A DNA stretch of 32,000 bases. Origin: an uncultured bacterium. Lineage in GTDB: Bacteria; GCA-001730085. Below are positions 20,737 to 30,031 of the stretch, in pieces. The stretch's first letter is position 1. The number at the start of each line of letters is the position of its first letter. The stretch covers positions 1 to 32,000 of the forward strand of contig CAZMGY010000012.1 in assembly GCA_964565945.1 (NCBI GenBank), in the 5' to 3' direction. A program made the position numbers and the translations under genes. Under the pieces are notes generated by a model. That model was not told the origin of the DNA, did no database searches, and saw only the letters and a list, made by a program, of their open reading frames with translations.

Positions 20737-21448
20737 AAATTCAAATACTTATACTTTTATGTTTGCAACAGTCGTATGTGTGGTTTGTAGCTTCTTGTTG
20801 TCTTTTCTGTCTGCGTCACTCAGGGATCGTCAGGAATTGAATGCCGAAGTGGATATCAAAAAGAATATTCTCAAAGCGGTTGATTTGGACCGTCCTTTGC
20901 ATGCGAAAGCTAAATCTGATGATATTTTGCTCACGTATGCGGCCAAAATTGACGAAATTGTGGTGGATGATCAAGGACGGATTGTTCCCGATAAGCGTCC
21001 TATTGAGGTTGACTTTGAGAAAAATACTCATCTGATGCCTTTGTACATATACAAAGAAAATAGTCAGGTGAAAGCTTATTGCTATCCTATTTCTGGCAAG
21101 GGGCTCTGGTCGACCTTGTATGGTTATTTCGCTGTTGAGCCCGATGCAAAAACCGTCAGAGGGATCACTTTTTACAAGCATGGAGAAACTCCTGGTCTTG
21201 GAGCCGAAATCGATCAAGCTTGGTTTCAGGACAACTTCAAAGGCAAATCAATCTGGTTTCAAGAGTCTAACTCCATTTATCCTGTTGCCGTTGTTAAAGG
21301 AAAAGTTAAAGATGTTTATTCGGGTGAGAAAGTAACTCACTATGTGGATGGAATTTCTGGTGCCACAATCACATCCAATGGTGTTACGGATCTCTTAGAT
21401 GTTGCTGTCCGGAAATATGAACCGTTTTTTCAAGCAATTCGAAAATAA
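20729..21448 (+). CDS. nqrC: Na+-translocating NADH:quinone oxidoreductase subunit C
   Basis: N-terminal TM anchor, FYKHGETPGLGAEI, and the covalent-FMN motif DGISGATITSNG. The GTG start overlaps nqrB by 8 nt. Confidence 0.92.
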   Translation: MSKNSNTYTFMFATVVCVVCSFLLSFLSASLRDRQELNAEVDIKKNILKAVDLDRPLHAKAKSDDILLTYAAKIDEIVVDDQGRIVPDKRPIEVDFEKNTHLMPLYIYKENSQVKAYCYPISGKGLWSTLYGYFAVEPDAKTVRGITFYKHGETPGLGAEIDQAWFQDNFKGKSIWFQESNSIYPVAVVKGKVKDVYSGEKVTHYVDGISGATITSNGVTDLLDVAVRKYEPFFQAIRK

Positions 21449-21472
21449 ACGATGTATTGAGGAGTTCAAAGC

Positions 21473-22105
21473 GTGAATTTTTTGTTAGATAAAAAAGATA
21501 AAAAAATCATTAAGGATGCTCTGTGGGATAATAATCCTATTACTCTGCAGGTGCTTGGAATTTGTTCGGCTTTGGCGGTCACAGTGCAGTTAAAAACTGC
21601 CTTAGTGATGTGTATGGCGCTTACGGTTGTACTGAGTTGCTCGAATGTGATTATTTCTCTTTTGAGGAATTTGATTCCTTCAAAAATTCGGATTATTGTG
21701 GAGTTGTCGGTGATTGCCTCTTTGGTGATTTTGGCCGATCAGATTCTTAAGGCGTATATGTACGAAATGAGCAAGCAACTGAGCGTGTTTGTAGGTCTGA
21801 TTATCACCAACTGTATTGTAATGGGGCGTGCAGAAGCTTTTGCGATGCAAAATCCACCTCTTAGGTCGTTTTGGGACGGCTTCGGAAACAGCTTGGGGTA
21901 TAGTGCCGTGCTTATTTTGGTGGCATCTGCGCGTGAAATTTTCGGTAGTGGAACTTTGTTAGGTGTACAGATTATTCCACAGTTCTTGTATGACCTAGGC
22001 TATCTTAACTCGGGACTTATGTTGTTGGCACCTGGGGCGTTTATCATTTTAGGTATTATCATTTGGATCCAGCGATACTTTTCTGGCCATACGGAGGATC
22101 ACTAG
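21473..22105 (+). CDS. nqrD: Na+-translocating NADH:quinone oxidoreductase subunit D
   Basis: [17 protein letters not shown] and [14 protein letters not shown]. The GTG start lies 8 nt after GAGGAG (21459-21464). Confidence 0.92.
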   Translation: MNFLLDKKDKKIIKDALWDNNPITLQVLGICSALAVTVQLKTALVMCMALTVVLSCSNVIISLLRNLIPSKIRIIVELSVIASLVILADQILKAYMYEMSKQLSVFVGLIITNCIVMGRAEAFAMQNPPLRSFWDGFGNSLGYSAVLILVASAREIFGSGTLLGVQIIPQFLYDLGYLNSGLMLLAPGAFIILGIIIWIQRYFSGHTEDH

Positions 22106-22107
22106 TC

Positions 22108-22716
22108 ATGGAGCATTTTTTAAGTTTAGCTGTCAAAAGTATTTTTGTTGAAAATATTTTATTAGCCTACTTTTTGGGGATGTGTTCCTTTTTGGTGTGT
22201 TCCAAAAAAGTTGAAACGGCGAGTGGGTTGGGGATTGCTGTGATCTTTGTTTTAACGATCACTTGTCCAGCTAACTGGGCCATTAACCATTTTATCTTGA
22301 AAAAGGGTGCTTTGGCTTGGGCGGGTTTTTCTGATTTAGATTTGAGCTTTTTGCAACTCATCACGTGCATTGCCGTGATTGCGGCGATGGTTCAGATTGT
22401 TGAAATGGTCATTGACCGTTATTCGCCGGCGCTCTATGCCTCTCTTGGTATTTTCTTGCCTCTGATTGCGGTGAACTGTTCGATTTTGGGAGGTTCTTTG
22501 TTCATGATTGAGCGAGAGTATACGTTTGCTGAGTCTTTGGTCTTTGGTTTTGGAGCTGGGGTAGGATGGGCATTGGCTATTGTAGCGATGGCTGCTATTC
22601 GTAAAAAGCTATGGTACTCCCATGTTCCTGTGGCCTTACGAGGTTTAGGTATCACCATGATTCTTACTGGATTAATGGCGATGAGTTTTATGTGTTTTGC
22701 TGGAATCAATTTATAA
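22108..22716 (+). CDS. nqrE: Na+-translocating NADH:quinone oxidoreductase subunit E
   Basis: [19 protein letters not shown] and [16 protein letters not shown]. The start is moved from 22063 to ATG 22108, after GGAGGA (22093-22098) and just past the nqrD stop. Confidence 0.92.
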   Translation: MEHFLSLAVKSIFVENILLAYFLGMCSFLVCSKKVETASGLGIAVIFVLTITCPANWAINHFILKKGALAWAGFSDLDLSFLQLITCIAVIAAMVQIVEMVIDRYSPALYASLGIFLPLIAVNCSILGGSLFMIEREYTFAESLVFGFGAGVGWALAIVAMAAIRKKLWYSHVPVALRGLGITMILTGLMAMSFMCFAGINL

Positions 22717-22751
22717 AAACGAAATAATAATGAAATAAGGGTGCTAAACTT

Positions 22752-23981
22752 ATGTTAATGTTTTCTTTAGTGAGTGTTATTGTCTTTACAGGTGTTATTT
22801 TGCTTCTTGTAGGTTTGCTGACGTTCATCGAAAACAAGGTGGTTCAATCAGGTGATTGTAAGGTTGTGATCAACGGTGATGAGTTGAAGCCTATTGTGGT
22901 TTCGGCAGGTCGGACTCTTTTGTCTGTACTTGCGGATCAAAAAATCTTTTTACCTTCGGCCTGTGGTGGCGGGGGGACGTGTGCCATGTGTAAGTGTAAA
23001 GTAACAGATGGCGGGGGAGATATTCTTCCTACCGAAACAGGTCACCTGTCTCGTGGCGAACAAAAAAACAATGTTCGTTTGTCTTGCCAGGTTAAAGTTA
23101 GAAACGATATCAAAATAGAGATTCCCGATGAAATCTTTAACATCAAAAAATACGAGTGTACTGTGATAAGCAATGACAATGTGGCGACCTTCATTAAAGA
23201 GTTCAACTTAGAGCTACCTCTAAGAGAAAATCTTAATTTTGAAGCAGGGGGTTACATTCAAATTGATATTCCTGAATATCAACTTGGCTTTGATGAGTTT
23301 GTTGTTCAAAAAGAATATCGTGAAGATTGGGATAACTTCAAACTGTGGGATCTGAAAGCCAAAAATGATGAACCTTGCTTTCGTGCGTATTCTATGGCGA
23401 ATCATCCTGCCGAAGGTAATCGCGTTAAGCTGAATGTACGTATTGCCACACCGCCTCCTAATGTGCAAGGAGCTCTTCCAGGGATTGCCTCGTCTTATAT
23501 TTTTAATCTCAAGCCAGGGGACAAAGCAATTGTGAGTGGTCCGTATGGTGAGTTTTTTATCAAAGACACCGAAAAAGAGATGGTCTACGTGGGTGGTGGT
23601 GCTGGTATGGCTCCGATGAGAAGCCATTTGTTTCATCTGTTCCACACGCTTAAAACAGGCCGTAAAGTCAGCTATTGGTATGGTGCACGTTCTTTGCGCG
23701 AAGTTTTTTACCAGGATGAGTTTGAAGAGATTGAAAAGGAATTTCCTAATTTTTCTTTTCATTTAGTCTTGTCCGATCCCTTGCCAGAGGATAATTGGAC
23801 TGGACCTAAAGGATTTATTCACCAAGTTGTCTTGGATAAGTATTTGAGCAAGCATGATGAACCCGAAGAGATTGAATACTACTTGTGTGGTCCTCCTATG
23901 ATGCTTACCTGTGTTCAACAAATGCTTGATTCGATAGGTGTCGATAAAGAAAACGTTGCATTTGACGACTTTGGTAGTTAG
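22752..23981 (+). CDS. nqrF: Na+-translocating NADH:quinone oxidoreductase subunit F
   Basis: N-terminal TM helix, 2Fe-2S ferredoxin cysteines [12 protein letters not shown]...C, FAD motif RAYSMAN and NAD(H) motif [11 protein letters not shown]. Confidence 0.96.
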   Translation: MLMFSLVSVIVFTGVILLLVGLLTFIENKVVQSGDCKVVINGDELKPIVVSAGRTLLSVLADQKIFLPSACGGGGTCAMCKCKVTDGGGDILPTETGHLSRGEQKNNVRLSCQVKVRNDIKIEIPDEIFNIKKYECTVISNDNVATFIKEFNLELPLRENLNFEAGGYIQIDIPEYQLGFDEFVVQKEYREDWDNFKLWDLKAKNDEPCFRAYSMANHPAEGNRVKLNVRIATPPPNVQGALPGIASSYIFNLKPGDKAIVSGPYGEFFIKDTEKEMVYVGGGAGMAPMRSHLFHLFHTLKTGRKVSYWYGARSLREVFYQDEFEEIEKEFPNFSFHLVLSDPLPEDNWTGPKGFIHQVVLDKYLSKHDEPEEIEYYLCGPPMMLTCVQQMLDSIGVDKENVAFDDFGS

Positions 23982-24057
23982 AATATCAATCGAGTGCTGA
24001 GGGGAGTGGTACCTTCTTTTTTTTGTTGGTTTAATTAATTTTTTTTGAAGTTTAATA

Positions 24058-25740
24058 ATGAAAAATCAAAAAATTTCCAAACTTATAGCAATCTTTTTCT
24101 TTGCTTTAACGTCATCCTTGATGGCTCAGTCTGGCCAAGCGATCATAGCCTCTGATGTAATCAAATTTTTGTCTCAGGCTATTGAACTAGATGTAAGTGC
24201 CGAAGATTACTACATCTTGCAACAAAACTTGGTCAAAGAACAACTGGACTCCTTGCTTCAGTTGTATAATCCAGAAGCTGAACTTTTGGGATCTCAGTTT
24301 GTCGCGATTGTCCGTGATCTTTTGCAACGTACTGATGCTGAGGAAGAGGTTCCTTTGGATAAGGCCCTATCCTTTTTGCAAAAAGAGATCAATGTCGATG
24401 ATTTTTCTAAGTTTTTGTCGACTCCCGTTTCGTGCAAACAGTTCGATAAAGTGATTCGTGTTCTTGTGTTTCCCAAAATGGCTCAAACATCGAAACTTGC
24501 TCGGGCAACTGCGAAGATAAAGGATGCGAGCAAGGTATCCTCAGAAACAAAACCTATTGTTAAAGATAAGCAGATTAAAGTGACCAAAGCTAAGTCGAAA
24601 TCTGTGCCAGTTAAGAGAAGTAAGGTTACTCCTAAAAAGATCCGTTCAAAAAAGGCTAAAGCAAATCCCTCTCGCAAGACGGGCTTATTGCCCCAAGTTG
24701 ATGTGAACAAGGTGGCTCAAACAAAATTAAACTCACAGCCTCAGCGTCAAGACAAATCATCTGCTCCGATCAAGCTTAACATCGAAACCAGTATGTTAGA
24801 CACTAAAGAAGCTGCGCAACAGGTTGAATCTAAGCCGAAATTTGACAAGGATAATGAAGATCGTGCGTTTTGGGGAGAGATTAGTGTTGGGTACATGTGG
24901 GACACTAATAGCAATGGAGGTCTAAGTCTTCCTTATCGTATTGGTTTTAACCAGCCGGCTCATTTGGCCAATGGCGCACGTAAAGAAGATCACGGTCGTT
25001 TGGTATCGTTGGAATTGAACTATTTGGGACGTTTAACACGGATAATGTCCTGGAAAACGCATTTTCGTTTCAATGTAATTGACTACCACAATGATGAGCC
25101 TACCGATTATCGGGATCTTTATTTGTCGTCGGGTCCTGTCTGGACGTTTGATTATGGGTCATTTTCTTTACCTTTTATGACTGATATCCTGAAATATAAC
25201 CGCGACCTTGATTTTGGAAACTATTTGGCCTCGTCTTATGGAATTTTGCCAGAATTTAAATTTCACTTGGCGGGCAACCTCTCTTTACATGCGCGCATTG
25301 GCTATATTCATCAACATTACCGTGATGATGGCGACCGTAATTTGGATATTGGTTTGTGGGATCATTTCATTCGTCTTCAAGTTAATCCTCGGAGCACGAT
25401 GGATTTGGGTTTTATTTTTGAGGATGCTTCTGCACGTAACAAGGCTTTCGATTACCAGGCTCGTGAGTTCTATGGACGTTACGCTCATCAACTCACAGAA
25501 ACCTTAGAGCTGATTGCGTACTGTGCTTATCGCCAAATTAGCTACGAGGGCTTCGAAGCGGGATATTCAACTAGTCGTGATGATAAGTTGTTCTATATGA
25601 GTGCAACACTATCGTATTATATGCGCGCAGTGAACGCCTATTTACAGTTCATTTATGCCTTTAGCAATAATCATAGCACGATTGATCGTTATGAATACGA
25701 TCGTGATCAGTTCACGTTATTGTTGAAAAAACCTTTCTAA
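24058..25740 (+). CDS. Putative outer-membrane protein: signal peptide, helical N-domain, lysine-rich linker, C-terminal beta-barrel-like domain ending in Phe
   Basis: Signal-like MKNQKISKLIAIFFFALTSSLMA/QSG. Lys-rich stretch at aa 153-207 (nt 24514-24678): KIKDASKVSSETKPIVKDKQIKVTKAKSKSVPVKRSKVTPKKIRSKKAKANPSRK. From about aa 270 there are alternating aromatic/polar strands (FWGEISVGYMWDTNSN, SLELNYLG, YLQFIYAFSNNHS). The C-terminus is FTLLLKKPF. It loosely resembles DUF560/Slam-type barrels, which I cannot verify here. Confidence 0.55.
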   Translation: MKNQKISKLIAIFFFALTSSLMAQSGQAIIASDVIKFLSQAIELDVSAEDYYILQQNLVKEQLDSLLQLYNPEAELLGSQFVAIVRDLLQRTDAEEEVPLDKALSFLQKEINVDDFSKFLSTPVSCKQFDKVIRVLVFPKMAQTSKLARATAKIKDASKVSSETKPIVKDKQIKVTKAKSKSVPVKRSKVTPKKIRSKKAKANPSRKTGLLPQVDVNKVAQTKLNSQPQRQDKSSAPIKLNIETSMLDTKEAAQQVESKPKFDKDNEDRAFWGEISVGYMWDTNSNGGLSLPYRIGFNQPAHLANGARKEDHGRLVSLELNYLGRLTRIMSWKTHFRFNVIDYHNDEPTDYRDLYLSSGPVWTFDYGSFSLPFMTDILKYNRDLDFGNYLASSYGILPEFKFHLAGNLSLHARIGYIHQHYRDDGDRNLDIGLWDHFIRLQVNPRSTMDLGFIFEDASARNKAFDYQAREFYGRYAHQLTETLELIAYCAYRQISYEGFEAGYSTSRDDKLFYMSATLSYYMRAVNAYLQFIYAFSNNHSTIDRYEYDRDQFTLLLKKPF

Positions 25741-26172
25741 CCTCTTGGTTGACTTTAATATAAACTGATGATGTGATCCTTGGGCTTGATCTGTAGGATT
25801 TCTGTTTTGAATTGAAGAATGGAGAGGGCTGGGACAGAGATCGTTACAGAATATCACCAAACATCACCTATCTGGTTAGATACACCTATGCCAAATAAAG
25901 GAGCAAGCCATGTCATTCTCTCAAGCATTTCTTACTTACAAAACCCGCAAAGATAAACATGATCAAATACCGAACCTAATGGCAAAATAAGTGTGTTGTG
26001 TGTGAAAAAGATGGACACTTACGTCCCAAGTGGCATTATTCAGGTGATTTTGGAAAAAAGGATGCAAAGATAAGGTAAAAAATTAGCAAAAACCGTTATA
26101 TTTTAGAAAAATGTGATGGTTGAGGGTGTGTGGGTAGGTTTTAGTTTGTTTAGCAATGGATTCAGGACTGTC

Positions 26173-26201
26173 TTGCGATTTTAAGCGAAAAGGGTTATAA
26201 T
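26173..26201 (+). promoter_or_regulatory. Sigma70-type promoter for the MoxR/vWA operon
   Basis: TTGCGA (26173-26178), 17-nt spacer, TATAAT (26196-26201). Lies about 55 nt upstream of the moxR ATG. Confidence 0.55.
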
Positions 26202-26256
26202 TCTTTTTTATTTTTTAAACAAGTTTTACGTTGTGTTTAATTGAGGAGAGGTGCTA

Positions 26257-27240
26257 ATGGACATCAGTGCTGTTAATGAAAGAGTTAAAGAGTATAACCT
26301 CTATATTCAAAACCTTATGAACGAGATGGCTAAGGTGGTTGTCGGACAAACTTCGTTTGTCGAAAGGTTGATGATAGGCCTTTTGACTGGGGGGCATGTT
26401 TTAGTTGAGGGGGTTCCTGGCTTAGCCAAAACCTTATCTGTGAATACACTGGCTAACGCTCTGTACCTTGATTTCCAACGTATTCAGTTTACACCCGATT
26501 TGTTACCTGCAGATATTGTCGGAACGATGATTTACAATCAAAAAGAAGGCATCTTTTCTGTTAAAAAAGGGCCCATCTTTCATAATATTATTTTGGCTGA
26601 TGAAATCAACCGTTCCCCAGCGAAAGTGCAAAGTGCCTTGTTGGAGGCGATGCAGGAAAAACAGGTGACGATTGGCGAAGAAACCTTTCCTATGTCGGAT
26701 ATTTTTTTGGTGATTGCAACGCAAAATCCGATTGAGCAGGAGGGAACGTATCCTTTACCCGAGGCCCAGATTGATCGCTTTATGCTCAAGGTCTTGGTGA
26801 CGTATCCATCGATTATGGAAGAGAAAGAAATTTTGAATCGTATGACTCAAAGTGTGGTTCCTAAAGCTGGAGCGGTTTTAAGTCCCGAAAAGATTGTTGA
26901 GGCTCAACAAACGGTCGATCAGGTTTATATCGACGAAAAAATTAAGGATTACATTGTGCATATTGTCTTTGCTAGTCGCCAACCTGAACATTATGACTTG
27001 AGTAGCGTAAAAGACTTATTTACCTTTGGAGCTTCTCCCAGAGCAACAATTAGTCTTGCTCGTGCTGCCAAAGCGCATGCCTTTATTCGGGGGAGGGGCT
27101 ATGTGATCCCAGAAGATATCAAGCAAATCGGTCCTGATGTCTTAAGGCATCGTATTATGCCTTCCTTTGAGGCTGAAGCCGAAAATGTGACCGCGGATAT
27201 GTTGATTCAAAAGATTTTTGATGTCGTCGAAGTTCCTTAA
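26257..27240 (+). CDS. MoxR-family AAA+ ATPase
   Basis: Walker A GVPGLAKT, ILADEINRSPAKVQSALLEAMQE, ATQNPIEQEGTYPLPEAQIDRF and GASPRATISL. ATG 26257, downstream of GAGGAGAG, is preferred over GTG 26251. Confidence 0.93.
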   Translation: MDISAVNERVKEYNLYIQNLMNEMAKVVVGQTSFVERLMIGLLTGGHVLVEGVPGLAKTLSVNTLANALYLDFQRIQFTPDLLPADIVGTMIYNQKEGIFSVKKGPIFHNIILADEINRSPAKVQSALLEAMQEKQVTIGEETFPMSDIFLVIATQNPIEQEGTYPLPEAQIDRFMLKVLVTYPSIMEEKEILNRMTQSVVPKAGAVLSPEKIVEAQQTVDQVYIDEKIKDYIVHIVFASRQPEHYDLSSVKDLFTFGASPRATISLARAAKAHAFIRGRGYVIPEDIKQIGPDVLRHRIMPSFEAEAENVTADMLIQKIFDVVEVP

Positions 27241-27249
27241 GGTGCTTTT

Positions 27250-28125
27250 ATGATTCACAAAGAACTATTGCGTAAAATTCGACACATTGAAATCATCACC
27301 AATCGTTTGGTGACTGATTCTATGGCTGGAAACTACGAAAGTGTGTTCAAAGGCCAAGGGATTGAATTCAGTGAAGTTCGTGAGTATCAGTATGGGGATG
27401 ATATACGATCAATTGATTGGAATGTTTCGGCCCGCCAAAATAAACTTTTCATTAAAAAATTTAGTGAAGAACGTGAGCGAACAGTGATGCTGATGATCGA
27501 TGTGAGTGCATCGATGCATTTTGCCAGTCGGGGGATGAGCAAGAATGATGTGGCTGCTGAGGTGGCTGCTTTATTAGCTTTTTCGGCCATTCGCAACAAC
27601 GATAAGGTGGGCTTATTACTTTTTTCCGACGAAGTTGAGATCTATGTGCCCCCTGGAAAGCAGCGTCAGCATATTTTAAGAATCATTCGAGATGTGCTCT
27701 ATTATAAACCTAAGCATAAGAAGACAGACTTATGCTTAGCGCTGGAGTATTTCAATCGTGTTATGCATAAAGAGAGTATTTTGTTTGTGATATCTGATTT
27801 TTGGTCTGTGGATTATGAGAAATACTTGCGCATTGCTCAGCGTAGGCACGATATCATTCCTGTCTGTATTCACGATTTGCGTGAGTTCGAGGTGCCCCTC
27901 GTGGGACGTCTCCATTTGGAGGATATGGAAACAGGAGCAACCGTTTATGTCGATACTTCTCAAGCGCGGGTGCGCGATCACTTAAATCAACACTTTGATG
28001 AAATGTCGGGCCAAAGGCATCGGATGTTTGCACGTCTTGGTTTAGATCGCATCGAACTAGTAACCGATCAACCTTATTTGAAGCCCGTGATGAACTTTTT
28101 TCAACAGAGGATGAAACGGCGATGA
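27250..28125 (+). CDS. DUF58 protein (MoxR-associated vWA-like)
   Basis: Signature VREYQYGDDIRSIDWNVSAR. MIDAS-like MLMIDVSASM. Directly follows moxR. Confidence 0.88.
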   Translation: MIHKELLRKIRHIEIITNRLVTDSMAGNYESVFKGQGIEFSEVREYQYGDDIRSIDWNVSARQNKLFIKKFSEERERTVMLMIDVSASMHFASRGMSKNDVAAEVAALLAFSAIRNNDKVGLLLFSDEVEIYVPPGKQRQHILRIIRDVLYYKPKHKKTDLCLALEYFNRVMHKESILFVISDFWSVDYEKYLRIAQRRHDIIPVCIHDLREFEVPLVGRLHLEDMETGATVYVDTSQARVRDHLNQHFDEMSGQRHRMFARLGLDRIELVTDQPYLKPVMNFFQQRMKRR

Positions 28126-29045
28126 TACGTATTTTCTTTCTGATCTTTTTGGGCTTAGTGTCGATTATTCATGCTGGTGAGCCTGCTAAACTTGTGGTTG
28201 ATGTGGATAGGCACGAAATTACGATTGGTCAATCTGTGACTCTCGTGATCAAATTATTTCTCCCATCTGATGCTGAATTCACACACTTTAATCGAGACTT
28301 GAACTTAGGAGAGCTGGAGCTTAAAGATTTTATTCGTTACAAGGTCAAACCCTTAGATGATGGACGCTCGTTGTATCGCTACGACTACAGTGTGACCTCG
28401 TACCAGGTTGGACATTATTTGGCGGGACCTTTTGTCTGCCAGGTGACCTCACTGGATGGACAAACGTTTGAATTGAAGAAAAGTGCATTAAAGCTCAAGG
28501 TTCTTTCGGTGATTGATCCTAACGATCCAGTTTCTGATATTCGTGATCAGATAGAGCCTCTTCTACCAGGCAAGTGGTCATGCTGGGTGATAGTTCTGGG
28601 GGGCAGCGTGGGTGTTCTGCTTGTGGTTGGATTAGCTTGCCTTTGGATACAGAAACGCAGAAGGGATGCTAGGAACCCGCTTGAACCGATAATTGCTGCA
28701 GATATAGCGGCTTTGGAGAGTCTTGAGTACCTGCGTGGACAGCACTTTGACACACAAAAGCAGCTTTACGAAGCGTTAACGGCTATTCTGCGCACTTATT
28801 TGGAGCGGAGGTTTGATTTTCCTGTGGAAGAGTCAACTTCGAGTGAATTGGTGTTGGAACTCAAAAAATATGTCAGTCACGACGTTTTGCAGGGAGTTCG
28901 TCAGTTGAATGCAGAGGCGGACTTGGTCAAGTTTGCCAAGCACCATGTGGAGGATGAGGCTTGTGAAAAGTTTATCGAAGAAATTATGTGGATTATTGAT
29001 CAAACGAAGCTGAGTGAGGGTGATGAATATGCCGACCTTAGCTAA
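28122..29045 (+). CDS. Membrane protein: signal peptide, BatD-like ectodomain, TM helix and DUF4381-like cytoplasmic domain (tentative)
   Basis: MIRIFFLIFLGLVSIIHA signal. VVDVDRHEITIGQSVTLVIKLFLP is a beta-rich segment. SDIRDQIEPLLPGKW is followed by TM helix SCWVIVLGGSVGVLLVVGLACLWI and then QKRRR. The helical tail is ALESLEYL...LTAILRTYLERRFDFPVEESTSSEL...ADLVKFAKH. The ATGA overlap with the DUF58 stop suggests translational coupling. Confidence 0.6.
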   Translation: MIRIFFLIFLGLVSIIHAGEPAKLVVDVDRHEITIGQSVTLVIKLFLPSDAEFTHFNRDLNLGELELKDFIRYKVKPLDDGRSLYRYDYSVTSYQVGHYLAGPFVCQVTSLDGQTFELKKSALKLKVLSVIDPNDPVSDIRDQIEPLLPGKWSCWVIVLGGSVGVLLVVGLACLWIQKRRRDARNPLEPIIAADIAALESLEYLRGQHFDTQKQLYEALTAILRTYLERRFDFPVEESTSSELVLELKKYVSHDVLQGVRQLNAEADLVKFAKHHVEDEACEKFIEEIMWIIDQTKLSEGDEYADLS

Positions 29046-30006
29046 TTCTTGGTGGCTGCTTTTGTGGGTAGTTATCCCCCTATGGATTTTCTGGTGGCGT
29101 CGCCAACAGCCAGCCACGATGATGTATAGTTATCTGCCTTTATGGGGTAGCCGTGCTTGTTCTGTGCGTGATTGGGTACCGTTTGTTCTTCGTTGTTTGA
29201 CCTGGTTTGTTTTGGTGCTGGCAATGGCACGTCCGCAAAAGGTGACCCATGTTCACGAAGCTTTAACGCGAGGTATCGATATTATGTTGGTTTTGGATAC
29301 GTCCACCAGTATGAGAGGTTTAGACTTTAAGCCCCAAAATCGTTTGCAAGCGGCTCAAGATGTGATTCGTGATTTTGTGGAAAAACGTCCTTACGATCGC
29401 ATTGGAGCGGTTGTATTTGCGGCCTTAGCCTATACACAATGCCCTTTAACAACGGACCATGATGTTCTGGTGGACCTTATTGCAAACACAGATATTGGCC
29501 AAATCGACGATGGAACGGCCATTGGTTTAGCTGTGGCCACCGCAGTTAAACGTTTAAGAGGAAGTGATGCAGAAAGCCGGATTATTATTTTGTTGTCTGA
29601 TGGGGAAAACAATGCAGGAGGCATTGATCCCTTAACGGCGGCTGAACTTGCCAAAACTTTAGATGTGAAGATTTATAGCATTGGTGTAGGTAAACATGGT
29701 CGGGTGCTTTATCCTTATGTCGATAATTTTGGAAGGAAGCGCTACGCTTATCTAAGTGCTTCGTTTAACGAACAAGGACTCAAACAGTTAGCATCAATCA
29801 CTGGAGGTCAGTACTTTAGGGCCGAAAACAAAGAAGATTTATTGGATATTTACAATCACATTGATCAATTGGAAAAAACAGATATAAAAATCAATGAGTA
29901 TCGCCAATATGAAGAGTATTTCATGTACTTGATTTGGTTGGCGTTGGGCTTGTGGTTGATGGAATTGATGTGGCGTTATCTTTGGAGACGGGGTTATCCA
30001 GAGTAA
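29029..30006 (+). CDS. BatA-like membrane-anchored von Willebrand factor A protein
   Basis: N-terminal TM pair (WWLLLWVVIPLWIFWW; FVLRCLTWFVLVLAMARPQ). MIDAS DIMLVLDTSTSM, LLSDGENNAG, and C-terminal TM FMYLIWLALGLWLMEL. ATG 29029 lies 8 nt after GAGGG and overlaps the upstream gene by 17 nt. The ORF track starts at GTG 29014. Confidence 0.85.
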   Translation: MPTLANSWWLLLWVVIPLWIFWWRRQQPATMMYSYLPLWGSRACSVRDWVPFVLRCLTWFVLVLAMARPQKVTHVHEALTRGIDIMLVLDTSTSMRGLDFKPQNRLQAAQDVIRDFVEKRPYDRIGAVVFAALAYTQCPLTTDHDVLVDLIANTDIGQIDDGTAIGLAVATAVKRLRGSDAESRIIILLSDGENNAGGIDPLTAAELAKTLDVKIYSIGVGKHGRVLYPYVDNFGRKRYAYLSASFNEQGLKQLASITGGQYFRAENKEDLLDIYNHIDQLEKTDIKINEYRQYEEYFMYLIWLALGLWLMELMWRYLWRRGYPE

Positions 30007-30031
30007 GGTTTAAACAAGAAGGGGGCGTGTT

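Noticed and set aside
23982-24057. Terminator after nqrF, and two T8 tracts (24017-24024 and 24039-24046) as phase-variation sites for the downstream outer-membrane gene
   Set aside because: No convincing GC-rich stem precedes either T-run. I could not place either tract between credible -35 and -10 hexamers. T8 runs are unremarkable in AT-rich spacers.
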